From Ramazzottius varieornatus (Eukaryota > Animalia > Tardigrada), in contig BDGG01000020.1 in the NCBI GenBank assembly GCA_001949185.1, forward strand, positions 248,001 to 312,000: DNA of 64,000 nt, in the 5' to 3' direction. This document shows, in pieces, positions 13,290 to 26,129 of the stretch (position 1 is its first letter; the number at the start of each line of letters is the position of its first letter). The notes beneath the pieces were generated by a model, which saw only the letters and a program-made list of their open reading frames with translations, was not told the DNA's origin and did no database searches. Both the position numbers and the translations under genes were made by a program.

Positions 13290-15832
13290 TCAATGCAGAA
13301 TCGCAGTCTCCTAGGAAGGAAGCCTGGTTACTGACGAATTGTCGGTCGAACGTGCAGACCGTCTTACCGGTAGATGCCGTCCTTTCGTTTCGATCGGCAG
13401 AAACATGCAGTTTATCGCTGTAGAGAGAAACGAACCATTAGATATGGAAGAAACGCTCAATACTACCCGGACGTCCCGAAGAGATATCCTTTACCGGTCA
13501 GGAACATTACGGCAGCGTAGACTCCCAGAGCCGATGACACGGATTTAGCCAGGATGACTTGTGCGATGAATGGAGAGATCATGGAGCCGATGCGGGCGAA
13601 GGAGCTGCAAACTCCCAAGCCGACAGCTCGGAATGTTGTTGGATAAACCTACGAATGATGAGGGATTATTCGACATGAAGATCAAAGATCACACACCGAT
13701 AGAAGCTCACCTCGGAAGTGTAGACATAGACCACGTTACCAATGGCCGCCATGAACATACGAGCCATCAAGATGAAGAACGACAGGAGGAACCTCGTTGT
13801 GCAAAGGTTCAGCAGCAGTACGAAGATGGCGCAGAGGACCAGGTTCACTACGAATGTGTACTTCCGGCCAATGAGATCCATCAAGAACAGATTGATGAAA
13901 AGCGCTACAAAATGAGAAAAGTTAGGACTTGAAGCGCAATTTCGACCAGACCGATTTACCATGTGACCCAACACCACCAGCTAATTAGGTACACCGAAAA
14001 CCTGCGCCACTTCGGCAAACACACTAGGCCAGATCGTTTCACCAAGCGGCGCACGTTTTCGAAGTTATTGGCCGTAAGCGTGCGCCACTTGGGAAAACGA
14101 TCTCGTCGAGTTCTTAGCCAAGCTCTGAATTCATTTTCATTCCATAAACCAGAAGCGGATCCACAGAAGAAAAAAAAACGAAACGAAGTGCTACTGACAG
14201 CCAAATTCTCCCAAGGTGCCAATGATGAGCGTTACGTAGTCATCAGGCGTCAGTTGTCGGCAACCACATTCTTGGACCGCTACCGAAGTGTGCTCGTCGA
14301 TTATGTTCCCTAAAAGCAAAAAGAAATGGTATTTTCAAGAAGGAAGTGAACTGAGCCAGAGGTAGATTTTCGCACCCGAGATATCACAGACTCTGGCGCG
14401 TTCCACGATTTCGGTCGATCCGAGTACCACGCCGTAGTATCCGAACGTCATGCAGAACCAGACGATGAAGAGCTGTAGTGTTATTCGTCGGTAATACGGC
14501 GAGAACATGTCCTTAATCTTCCCGTGCTCTTGCTGTAGTGAGAAGAAGTATGAAATGAGGGAACAGAAAAATCAGGATGGGTTCAATCCACGACGACGAA
14601 TACCTACAACGGCTGGCTGGAATAGACGCCCTTCCGGAAGTGACGTCTTGTTGGTCGCCGCAATCTTGTTCAGCAACGTAACAGCTTTCTCGTACTTTCC
14701 GGTCGCCAACAGGTACCTCGGGGACTCGGGAACCAACTGTGAAGATATTTGTTCAGGCATTAAAAGGGAATTTATTCCAGAATCTGAATGGAACTCGAAA
14801 AAACTAAAAAAGATAGAACTTCCAACGGACAAAATTATTCTTTGTATTCTGGTGAACAGCGGACTAAATATGGACAAGTTTTTCTTGCCTTGAAGAAGCC
14901 GAGGCTGACCCAGGAAAGGATAGCAGTGAAAATCATGAGCCATCTCCAGCCGAAACGAGGAATGATCACTGCTGCGGCAGCAATCAGAACGAAACTTCCG
15001 GTTGCCCAGAATAACTAAACTGAGAAACAAATGCGTTATTTACTCCCCTTCCACAATCTTTTAACGTTCCGCCTTACCTGTGTCAACACCAGCATCTTTC
15101 CTCGATGCTTCGGCGGCAACATTTCCGCAAATAAGATAAAACTGTGAAAGGAGAATGACCCAGTGACAAAAAGCACGTTATCAACACGGAAAGTTTCTCT
15201 AATTTTTATTTGGGCATTTTCTTTCGAACCTCTGACCTGTGCCCACAGCACAAGCTCCCACTATCATCCTCAGAAACAGGAGCCAGTAGTAAGTCGGACT
15301 AAAAGCTGTCAAGATACCGAACCATCCCATGAGGAACATGACGATCCACAGCGTCGGCCATCGTCCATACTTGTCCGACATTTTGCCCCATATCGGACCG
15401 AAAACCAGCATACCTGCGAACACCATCTGCAAAACAACGCACTTCAAAATAGAGAAGGATAAGGAATTAAACGAGAGCTGGGCGCGCGCTTTCAGCTGAT
15501 AACCATTAGGAAAAACAGTATATTTTACCGTCGAAACAGTAGCGACATCGACTTCTGACAATTCCCATTCACAGCGTAGTACGGGAGATAAAACTGACAG
15601 AAGCATGATCTCCAACGCATCTGCCACCTGTGAGGACATCATCAAAGTTACGATTGAGGCGAACAACTGAACGAGTAATACTTTTGCTTACGCCAAAGAA
15701 GCCAAGGACGGAAATCATTTTCAGCTGGTATTTTCCAAAGCCAATCTTTTCCAGTGCTTGGTCCACTGTGTAGCCCTGCGGTACTTGAATGTTTCCATCC
15801 AATGCATCGATATTTTCGCGCAGCCTGATCAT
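13290..15832 (-). CDS. SVOP: SVOP-like major facilitator superfamily transporter (~12 exons)
   Basis: YTVDQALEKIGFGKYQ, ADALEIMLLSVLSPVLRCEW, SDKYGR, PESPRYL, DLIGRK, YVYTSEVYPTTFRAVGLG, LPIETKGR assembled over GT-AG introns; last exon ETAILH* ends 13290. Confidence 0.9.
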
Positions 15833-16124
15833 GGAATGATCGACGGCTAGAACGGAAGAACAAATACGTGGAAGAAAATATCGAAGGATATACTAATCGG
15901 AATAAATTTACTTCGGCGCATTCAACTCAGTTCCCAGCAAACCGGCTGCTTCACACTTGACGTCTGCAAAATCAATCTACACCCGGAAGGGATTACGTTC
16001 ACGGCATCTCAACTCAGCAAGTGGAAGGCAGAAATCAGGCCACGCGTTAGACGAAATTGTCGAGTTACCTGTCCATGTGGAATCTCTGAAGGTAGACTGC
16101 GAAAGTTGTCTGACCGGTTTTGAT

Positions 16125-16510
16125 CACTGATGTGCTGCTGAAGTGTGCGTTGCTGGAAGGAAGGACAACGTAAAGTATCCCTGACGTCATGCGTCAAAGC
16201 ATAATGCCGGCTGATTTTAGTCATGACGTAACCATTCTGTGACGTACCAGATTGTTAATTTGACCGAAAAGTAAGATCATTCAATCAACCTCCACCGCAG
16301 CTTGGGTATGAAAAAGAAACAAAACCACACTTCGGCTGATTGACTGCACCTGTTAGCCCAATATTTAAAAAAGCACTTCCACCGGGATTCGATGCCAAGG
16401 TTTCCTATATACGAGACCTGGCTCCGGTAAACTTATGGCCTACCATTTTAATTGTGCGCGTTTTAGCTTGCCATGCTCCGACGGACGCGCGCTTCATCAG
16501 CACATCAGTG
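16125..16510. mobile_element. hAT-type MITE family A, intact ~385-bp copy
   Basis: TIR CACTGATGTGCTG(C/A)TGAAG at both ends; TSD GTTTTGAT / GTTTTAAT (7 of 8); inverted second copy at 17485-18786. Confidence 0.85.
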
Positions 16511-16991
16511 GTTTTAATTGAACGTGGTTTATTGATTGGTTTGTTATGGTTACGCTTGTGACGACGACTACTGTACGTACTGGCGTACGTACGCCAAGGC
16601 TTACGGCCTTACGCATCATAAATAATTCATAATCTTGTCCGCGACGCATGACGCCATCATACAGCTGGTGTTTTCGTAAGGTTGTATGATGGAAATCGGC
16701 GCTTTTCTGACGTCAAGTTGCTAATTACTACTCGAAGGAAACAGCCGATTAAAATTTAAAATTCAGGTTCTGATTTCGGCCTTGCCAAATCAATCGGACT
16801 TTCAACGTTTCTTGGCATCGCGACTGGGGCGTTTGTGTGTCCTTCCTCCTTCCCCTTTCATCAGGGTTATCTTTCTGGAATACTCCAAAAGGTATGTGCA
16901 TCAGTCTTTGCTCGATGGCAGTATCTTTCGATGCAAGCGATGTTTGTGGATGAAGTTTGACACTCAACAGGTTCAGCAGGAAGTGCGGGAA

Positions 16992-19900
16992 ATGGCCACT
17001 AACGGAGTCACCAATGGAGCTGGCAAGTTCCTTTACATTTTGACCACTTCTGGATCTTCGATCCCAAAGCATGTTCATCGTAGGTCATGGCAAAACCACC
17101 TTGGAGCAGCTTGCTGCTGTCACCACCGTCGTCTGCGATAGCGGAGATTTCGAAAGTGTGTATGGCTGCGCCACGCTTGTCGCTTGATTGAATGACTCGA
17201 GCTGATATTTCTGTTACTTTTAGCGATGAAGGCGTACAAGCCCACAGATGCTACCACGAACCCTTCTCTAATCCTGGCAGCTGCTGGAATGCCCCAGTAC
17301 AACGAGCTGATCAACAAGGCAGTTGCATCCGCGAAGCAGAAAAGCAGGTGAGATCGTGATTGACTTCCTGGCACCTGGTGGAATATAGTTTTACAGTATT
17401 TCACCAGGAATACTGTAAAGTGTAAACCCTTTGATTGGTTTGCTCGCCTTTTGGAATTTGGGTGGTTCATGGTTGGCTCGAGGCCACTGATGTTTTCTGC
17501 TGAAGCGCGCGTCTGTTAGAGCATGGCGAGCTAAAACGCGCACAATTAAAATGGTAGGCCATAAGTTTACCGGAGCCAGGTCTCGTATATAGGAAACCTT
17601 GGCATCGAATCCCGGTGGAAGTGCTTTTTTAAATATTGGGCTAACAGGTGCAGTCAATCAGCCGAAGTGTGGTTTTGTTTCTTTTTCATACCCAAGCTGC
17701 GGTGGAGGTTGATTATAGTGATGTTTTAATATGTGGTTATGGCATTTAATATAATAAAAATAAACATCCGCCGTCCTTAATAATTTGCAATTACTATAGT
17801 AGAACCTCTGCCTGATTTAATAAAATGTTACTATAGTGGAACTCCTGTGGGTTTGGTATTGAAATATATTTTAATAACGGAGAGCTCACCAGTAGATCTT
17901 AGCACACGGTATCAGAGGCATTTGTGTCAGCAGAAGCCACTAAATACTTACTCGAAGAATCAAGAAGTTAGGAAAAACGCTGTAGGTTTGAAAAACTGTA
18001 GGTTTTGCTCGCGGCGGCGGCCCGGGGCTCTCTAACAAGCTGGAGGACAAATGAGATATTTTGTCGTAAACAGTATCAATGCCTGTACTACAGCTTGCAC
18101 TGTGCACCTGCACTCTGCGACATGGCGGTTTAGTGTGTCGCGCTATGAGTAGGTGCATGGTGTACGCGTATGCATCTGCATTAGCCCTTCCGTGCTGGTG
18201 TGGTAGCAGCGTTAGGATCTGGTGCACTTCGTGAGGCGTGGTCGTACTATTGCTATAAGAAAAGGCAGTCCCATAGTCTCAGTCTTTTTTGAAATGGGGC
18301 GGAACGCACACTGCGCAGTGGGAGAAAGCATGCGCGCATTGTGGGGTTAACGTGCGTGACGTCAGATGAGCTAGCGATTCAGAGCGAGACTTGTGCAGCC
18401 GCTAGTGCGCTGTCTTTTCCTATAGCAATAGGTCGTCGCCGCATAACCATTAACTTAATAATAAGATATTGGACCCTAGTTTCAAACTACTAAAGTTTTA
18501 ATATCGGGTTTCGGTGTCCAGTTCTGTTTACTAAATATTACTAAATATAGTAGATCCTGAAACCATCTACTACCATCTGCTTTAATAAAATATTACCAGA
18601 GTAGAACATCACTAGTCGATTGAATGATCTTACTTTTCGGTCAGACTAACAATCTGGTACGTGACACAATGGTTACGTCATGGCTAAAATCTGTCCCGGA
18701 TAATGCATTGATGCATGACGTCAAGGATACTTTACGGCGTTCTTCCTTTCAAATCCAGCAACGCGCGCTTCAGCAGCACATCACTGCTCGACTCGAGGCC
18801 TCGAGCCTCGTTGTAGTCTTATAGCAGCAAAAGCAATTAGCGCATCATGCCAGCGTTCACTGATTGATGCTTGGTTGACTGTTGAATGTATCTTCCATTT
18901 TTGACAGTGATCTGAAGCAACAGGTGGATATCGCTTTCGACTTGATTTGCATCGCCTTTGGTCTGGAGATTTTGAAGATTGTTCCTGGTCGCGTTTCAAC
19001 CGAAGTGGATGCTCGGTAAGTCGGTGAAGTCAGTAATACCGTCTCTTACCAATCTAACGTCGACTTCCGGGTTTGCAGTTTGTCTTTCGACAAGGAAGCT
19101 CAGATTGAGAAGGGTCGCCACCTCATCGACCTGTACAAAGAAGCTGGCATTTCTTCGGACCGCATCCTAATCAAGCTGAGCTCCACTTGGGAGGGAATCC
19201 AAGCTGCGAAGTAAATCCTTACGTTTCTCTCAGTGCCTGACTGTGGAGTGTGAACCAGGAAATGAAGTTCTGACTTCTTTCGTCCTGCAGAGTTCTGGAG
19301 AAGGAGCATAACATTCATTGCAACCTTACTCTTCTATTTTCAATGGCACAGGTACGAGACTTCTGGACTCACGTGATTTGTTAAAAAGCTTATTATTAAC
19401 CATTTAAAGAATAAAGTGAATGAGTGTCGGAAACGGGACTTCGGCGAAGAGACTCGACAAGATTGTTTCCCAAGTGGCGCACTTACCCGGCCACAAAACC
19501 GGAAAAGTGCACCACTTGGGAATACAGTCTGGCCGAGTTTGTCCGCCGAGCTTTTCAAACGAGTCTGTGCTCGATGTACAGTCACCAAACACTTTTGTTG
19601 TAGGCTGCTGCTTGTGCTGAAGCGGGTGTCACGCTGATTTCGCCGTTCGTCGGACGCATCTTGGACTGGCATGTCGCTCATGGTGATAAAAAGACGTTCG
19701 AGCCTACGGAAGATCCAGGTAGGAAAACTTTCTTGTACACGCACGACGGGAAATTATGGGGCCAGTAAAAATTATGGGACCAGGCGGAAAAGACGGCAAA
19801 ATGGGAAATCCAGCCGTAGAAAATTGTCGAAAAGTGCATTACTATGAATCGGTCACGTACGTACGTGCTTCCGTACCCCCTTAGCGAAAAGGCCTGTCCC

Positions 19901-20628
19901 ATGATTTTTACTGGCACCATAATTTCCCGTCGTGCGTGTACAGTAATTCAAACAGGTGTTAACTTACTGCAGAAATATTCTGATCGGATCTCCGATTCCG
20001 TTTTACAGGTGTGAAGAGCGTCACCGAAATTTACAACTACTACAAGAAGCACGGCTACAAGACAGTTGTGATGGGCGCGTCTTTCCGAAACTCTGGAGAA
20101 GTCAAGGCCTTAGCTGGCTGCGACTTGTTGACTATCAGGTAGAATATCTCCTTCGAGCAGTAGTTGAAGAACGATCGATCAATTGCCGTTCTTCTGCAGT
20201 CCCAAAATCCTGGAGGAGTTGGCGAAGTCCGACGATAAGATCGAAGTTCGACTGAACAAGGAAGCCGGTAAGTGCAGCTTGCCCTCTATTTTACTGAACT
20301 TTTGCCTCTTGTCGGTAACCGAATCATGACAATCCTGAAACCCGGAAATCAAAATAGAGCAGAATTTGGAAATGCTCGGAAATCCAATATGATTTTTCAT
20401 GAGATGACTGAATGATTTTGCTTCCTGGTGGACTACTTTCGATATTTTGCTCTTACTGCAGCTATGAAGTCCGACAGCCAGAAACTAGTCTTGGATGAGA
20501 AGGCTTTCCGTTTCATGCTGAACGAGGACGAGATGAGCACGGACAAGTTAGCTGACGGTATTCGCAAGTTCGCGGCGGACGCCATCAAGCTGGAAGAGCT
20601 CCTGAAAGCCAAGTTGGCTAAAGCCTAA
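16992..20628 (+). CDS. TALDO1: Transaldolase (10 exons)
   Basis: [41 protein letters not shown] (catalytic Lys), [36 protein letters not shown]. First intron needs a GC donor at 17023. Confidence 0.97.
17716..18614. mobile_element. Nested hAT-type non-autonomous element (~900 bp)
   Basis: TIR TAGTGATGTT / AACATCACTA; TSD GTTGATTA / GTCGATTG, each one mismatch from the empty-site GTTGATTG seen in the intact family-A copy. Confidence 0.85.
18247..18431. mobile_element. Innermost nested MITE (~185 bp)
   Basis: 22-bp TIR CTATTGCTATA(A/G)GAAAAG(G/A)CAG; GTCGT duplicated on both flanks. Confidence 0.7.
19738..19938. mobile_element. pogo/Tigger-derived MITE family B
   Basis: TIR CACGCACGACGGGAAATTATGG; TA on both flanks; homologous to 25105-25291, 58104-58294 and the ends of 30195-30821. 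Confidence 0.9.
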
Positions 20629-21335
20629 AATTTCCGATGTCTCATCGCCATTCCGGTGGAATATTGTCATACTGTCACAATTTTGCTTGAGATTGATTTT
20701 AGCATGTAAGATAGAAATTTTATTCCGGTTTCGCGTTGAAATTTTTCCTTCGTTTTCCTTGAATGGTCTTTCCTGATGAGCGACGGCCCATCTCATACTG
20801 TATGCATAATGTGTATGAATTCTTTTCTGCGCGACATCCATTGATGAGTTTTCAAAGTGCTGTATTCTTTTCACGATGAGCTCTTCATTCGAATGAGGAA
20901 TGTGATTTGACTTTGAGGAATAAAGTTTCGGGAACTCGGGTTTTCTAGTTCTTGAACGTCAAAGTCTTGGCACTTCCGGTCTGCAGTGTCAGCAGTTCTT
21001 CCTACATCAATCAGCTCGTGATGGTCCTCGTTTCGGCGACGGATAAGTTTTGACTCTTCTTGACTTTCTAGAATTAGCCTCCGTAAGCTTGTCAACTACA
21101 GGGCGGAAGTAGGTTGAGGAAGGCAGGAAAAGTCGAAGAACCGTAGAAGAGTTTTCGTCTCGACGTGTACAGGTCAATTGATTGGTTGTATTGTATTTAG
21201 GCTTGATTGACAGGAACGAGTGATTTCGTGAGTCGTTAAACAATTTAATCCTGTTTTATTTTCTGTTCTCTTTGCTGCAATCCTTCATGACGGAATCTTT
21301 CTCACCTTAACTGGCTCGTTCTAGGTGCAACTAGA

Positions 21336-24300
21336 ATGGAGCAGCTACCCGATCTTGTTCGGGATAATACCATCAGGCCCAACATCGTTCAGTCCACGGA
21401 GCAAGGGAACAACGCTTCTACCAGCGTCAGGACTGATGCACCACCGGGCTTCGCAGTCTTTTCCTCTATTCCGACAACCCTTATTCGACGTAGCTCCCAG
21501 TCAATTCACCCTGCGAGTATTGCTGCGAACGCTGAAGCATCTGATCAGAAGAGCACTGCACCTCACGGAGAAAAGAGCGAGCCCGCTGCCACGATTTCGT
21601 CGAGTGTTGCTGCTGCATCAGCTTCAACTTTGAACTCGACGAAAGATGCCCCGAAAGAGCCTGCGCATGAGGAGGACGATGAATCTGACGAAGAAAAGAC
21701 TGGTGGCAAGCACAAAGTGGTGGAGGTCAGCCCCTGCGCTCGTTATCATAAAAGACGGGAACGGGCAAGTCCAACTAGAGAATATCATTATTCAGTATTC
21801 GGTATTCACGGCTGACGTCACCGAGAGTTCCATGGCAGATCGGTATACGCCCTTTTGTTCATGCATTGTCGTAACGTCATGCGTGAAGTAGGGGGGAAGT
21901 TTATCAGCTTGAAACTCGAGTCACTTGACCACTGGCCTCGGGTGCGCCGTGTGGTGATTGTGGCCATCTTCGCTGCTGTTGGCGCTGGCGTACTGATGCC
22001 GTACGGCTAACACACTGCAGTCTTCGCGAACCGTGACGGTTTTTTTGTCGGTGTCTGACTGTCTGCGTCTTCACAGGTTCTTCAACGAGAAGTTCCTGGT
22101 ATCGACGCTGCGTTCCTAGCGATGGACACGGAAGAAGGCAAGGAAGTTGTGTGGAACGAAGTGCAGTTTTCTGAGAAGAAGAACTTTAAAGAAAAAGAGG
22201 TGAGCTCCCTAACATGTTGTCAAGATGATAGCCAATGTTATCATTGATGGTGGGTTGCAGGAGCAAATTCACCAGATATTCGACAATCTCATCAACGTTC
22301 ATCATGCAAGCATCCTGAAGTTTCACCGCTGGTGGACAGACCTGGAAAACAACCCGGAAAAGCCAAGGGTAAGTCAGTGCATTTCGGGAAAAGTAGTCTC
22401 CCATTCCTTCTTTTTTTTATTACTGGAGTTCCGCAGGTCATCTTCATCACAGAGCACATTTCCAGCGGTTCACTCAATCACTTCATCAAGACCAGCAAGC
22501 ACAGCAAGACCAGTGCGGTGAACGGTAATGCGGTGCACATGCCGGAAAAATCGTGGAAGCGATGGTCGCGACAAATTCTGACGGCTCTTCAGTAAGAAAC
22601 CGTCTTTCGATTTCATTCACAATCACAGTCCTGAAAGTAATTCGATGTTTGTTTTCTTTAGTTACCTGCATAGCGCAAAGCCGCCCATCGTTCACGGTAA
22701 CCTCAACTTGGACACGGTCTTCTTGCAGCATAACGGCCTTACGAAAATCGGCTGCGGTAGGTTTCCAAATCAATCCTGATTTGAATGTCGTCGGAAACAG
22801 TTACACGATTTGTCTTCGATATCTTGCAGTGGCTCCCGATACAATTCATCAGCATGTTCGAACATGCCGGGAACACGTCAACGTCAGAAATATCCACTTT
22901 GTAGCTCCGGAATACGCTTGTAAGAGACGTGAAGCTACGCTGTCTTCGTCTCTCGGTTTATCTACAAAAACCGAAGAAGGATGTGTTTTTTTCAGAGATG
23001 ACGGTAGAGTTTTGAACGTCCTTTTCTTGTTGCAGATGAGACCACATTGACGCCAGCTGCCGATATTTACTCCTTCGGCATTCTAACTTTGGAGGTAATT
23101 AAGTTTTTCGGCTTTTCCGTTCGTACTTTTGGTCTGACTCCCCCACAAAAAGGTCCGTGTTTAGTCCATACTAGAGCGAGGAAAAGATGATATGTATTGC
23201 CGGTTGTTGTTCGTTTTACCTTCAAAGCAACAGTTATTATCGCAATATTTGGGTTAATTTACAATCGCTAACCTGATTTTGCGGTTGTTCTCCGTGTTGT
23301 TCTAACTTTCATTATCGCTAAGGCTTTGCCGCGTAGCATGATGGAACGTTTTGCAGATGTTAGTCTACGGTATCCCAACCGTTCTCGCCAAAGAAAAAGA
23401 AAACAGGATTGCAGAATCCACCTCCACCACTCCCCACAACAATGGCACACACACTAACGGCGTCCACCACCTCAACGGCACTCCTCTCTCGGCCGGTACG
23501 GCGACTTCCGCCGTGACGTCTAGCAGCTCCGAGTCGACCGTGTCCACCACCACCACCCAGCCAGTTGCCACCCCACTCTACCCGCTGTCACGCGAGAGCG
23601 TCTTGACAGTCCTTGAGACCCTGGACGAAGGACCGGTGAAAGAGATGATCCGCGACTGTCTGGGTATCAACGCGGCACAACGCCCCTCCGCACACAGCTT
23701 GCTATTCCATCCAGCGTTCTTCGAAGTACCACCATTGAAGCAGATCGCGGCCTTTGCTTTCGTCGACTATTTCTGTAAGCTGATGCCTCTTCTTCATTCG
23801 ATATTGACACATTTGCGAACATACTCAACAGGGGTGACTCTCTCGAGTGGCGCACGCTTCTAGTCAATAGCACGGAGAACGTGCGCCACTTGGGGAAACA
23901 GTCTTATCGAGTTCGTTTATCCAGTGGCGCACGTTTGCAGAGTTGTCGGCTGGAAGTGTGCGCCTATTGGAAAAGCGATCTTGTCCAGTTTGTTTGCCGA
24001 GTTTCCATAGGTATTGAAGGTTGACGGTTGTTTGTCTTTGTAGCGGCGGACCATCTGGATAACTGGAACGACCTGGCTGTCAGTTTCGGCAAGGACACTT
24101 CGAACGACGCGATCATTGCGGAAGTGCCCAGCAAGCAGCAAGTCTTCCGCGTCAGCCAGTTGCAGAATGTAGATCTGGACAAGTATCTGGAGGATATCCG
24201 TCAAGGTAGAAAATCTTTTAAATTGTCTGAAGTGAGGTCTCGGCAAAAAAGTTCGACAGGATTGTTTTCCTGAGCGGCGCACACGTATGCAGCCAAAAAC

Positions 24301-25974
24301 ACCGAAAGCGTGCGCCGCCTGGGAAACCTGAGGATTCCGTTCTATAAGTGGCGCACGCTCGCAACCGATGTCACGGGAAACGTGCGTCACTTGGGGAAAC
24401 CGTCTTGGCGAATACTGTGTGCTTGCCCAGCTCCCGAGTTAATGCGTTTTCTTGCATCCGCTGTGGAGGAGAAATGGTTGTTGATCGTTTCAGGTGTCCA
24501 CCCGCTGACGGCTTTCGGGTTGGATTCACCGACCACGTCGCTCCTAACCACGCCAGCGCAATCCACGCGAGACGAAGGCGAGTCATATGGACTAGCGGAC
24601 GATTTCGACGAGGACCTGATCAACGAAGTGGAGACGCGGCTCATCATGTCGTGCATGTGTACGGTACACAGCAAGCACGACTGTCCTGTCGCTTCGGTAT
24701 GGGTCCCTTTTTCACTTCACCCTTTCTTCCGTTTCTTTTTCACACGGCGAAGTTTCACTAGCTTGTTTCTCCAGCTGGAGCTCATTTTACGAATGGAGGA
24801 CAAGATGAACCGGCACTTGATGTGCGACTTCGACGAGGAGAACGATTCGGCGCAGAGTCTAACCGAGGAACTCTTCGACTACGGTCTCATCAACGATGTA
24901 GGTGGTTTTGCTGCAGGGTTTTGCTAAATTTATCTCAGATCGAAGGCTGAAGGGGATACTGGATTAAGTTCATGTATTGTACCTGCATACACACTGCGGG
25001 CAACGCCATGTCGCCATCCAGCCAATTTCAAATTCAGATTGTACGTTGTGTGATTTGTGTCCATAACACTGCACCCGCCACGTGGTGTAATTAGATTTAC
25101 CGTACACGCAGGACGAGAAATTATGGTACACCAAATATTATGGGACAGGTCTTTTCGCTACAGCGGTACGGGAGCCCGTACGTACGCGACCGATTTGCAG
25201 TAATACACTTTTCTACGGTCGAATGTCCATCTTGCCGTCCTTTCCGCCTGTCCCGTAATTTTTACTCTACCATAATATCTCGTCCTGCGTGCATACCAGC
25301 AAGCGCGAGAGCTGGTGGTCAACGGATGGATGGCATTGTTCGCATTGTGTGAAGCCGTCCAACTGACATCAACGCAGAAGTATCCAGGTGCTTGAAGTGT
25401 GGACTTAAGTTATATTTGTATTTCAAGCACCTGCATACCAGGTGCCCTGTACCAACCCAGTGTAAACGTACGCAGGTAGCTCCAGCCTGGGTGCAACGCG
25501 TTTTCATGTTCTCGAGTCTCGCGTTGGTGTGTTTGACTAAGATGAGACTTCTGAGTTTGTCTGCAGAGAGACCAGGAGAAGATTCGTCGAGCCATCGAAG
25601 ATGTCCTGGTGTCTGTCCATAAACGTAAAGAAGAGGTACCACGCCCAACTCAACCACCTGTGAACGGAGTTGCCACTACAGCCCTCGAAGATGTCCCACT
25701 GAACGACACAACCGCGGCTCTGGATCAGGGACTAGAGACTCTTCTGTCGGCGGACCCGAACATCCCGGTCAGTGGAATGTCAGCTGGCGAAGGCCAGTGG
25801 GACATCATAATACGCTCCCCGGTCTTCAACTTCCACACGGCATCCTCCAACCTACCCAATGGCCTGAACACCATCGCGGTGGGTCCTTCGACTTCGGCGC
25901 TTTCTGTCGGAAGTAGTACGGTGGTTGTGGATGCCAAGGAAGCTGTGACCAGTGATAATGGTTCTGTTTCTTGA
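21336..25974 (+). CDS. NRBP1: Nuclear receptor-binding protein (NRBP/Madm) pseudokinase
   Basis: SPCARYHKRRER|VLQREVPGIDAAFLAMDTEEGKEVVWNEVQFSE, ILKFHRWWTD, PPIVHGNL (no HRD), HFVAPEY, LLFHPAFFEVPPLK, LRMEDKMNRHL; GC donor at 21765. Confidence 0.95.
23840..24410. repeat. Cluster (two tandem pairs) of the dispersed GTGGCGCAC-N25-GTGCGCCAC palindromic element
   Basis: Units at ~23846, 23922, 24272, 24346 (period ~75 bp) in two NRBP1 introns; further copies at ~8408, 9795, 12061, 14044, 19472, 32714, 33455, 47563, 47642, 48135, 49390, 51478. Confidence 0.9.
25105..25291. mobile_element. MITE family B, reverse orientation, in NRBP1 intron
   Basis: TIR CACGCAGGACGAGA(A/T)ATTATGGTA; interior is reverse-complementary to 19738-19938. 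Confidence 0.85.
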
Positions 25975-26129
25975 ACACTAAAATTCTAGTGTTTGTTTGT
26001 CTGATAGACCATACGCGTAATAATATGCAAGCTGTTTACAGTAATGCTGTATCTTCGGTGAAAATAATATTGACATTCTTCGTTGTAATACTGAAAACAC
26101 CAACAACAGCATACGGTCAACGGAGCGTT

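Larger units (their letters stand above)
17485..18786. mobile_element. hAT-type MITE family A, inverted copy interrupted by nested insertions (TALDO1 intron 3)
   Basis: 17485-17715 and 18615-18786 together are the reverse complement of 16125-16510; flanking CTCGAGGC duplicated (right side has 5 extra nt). Confidence 0.85.

Noticed and set aside
16340-17657. Near-identical ORFs [11 protein letters not shown]... on opposite strands
   Set aside because: By-product of the two inverted MITE copies; TTG start, no protein family.
23840-24410. Repeat-spacer pattern resembling a CRISPR array
   Set aside because: Eukaryotic introns, inverted rather than direct arms, spacers related to each other, at most two units in tandem, no cas genes.
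25300-25387. AG/GT-bounded open segment after the MITE in the last NRBP1 intron
   Set aside because: Exits in phase 1 while the last exon needs phase 0; no support without RNA data.
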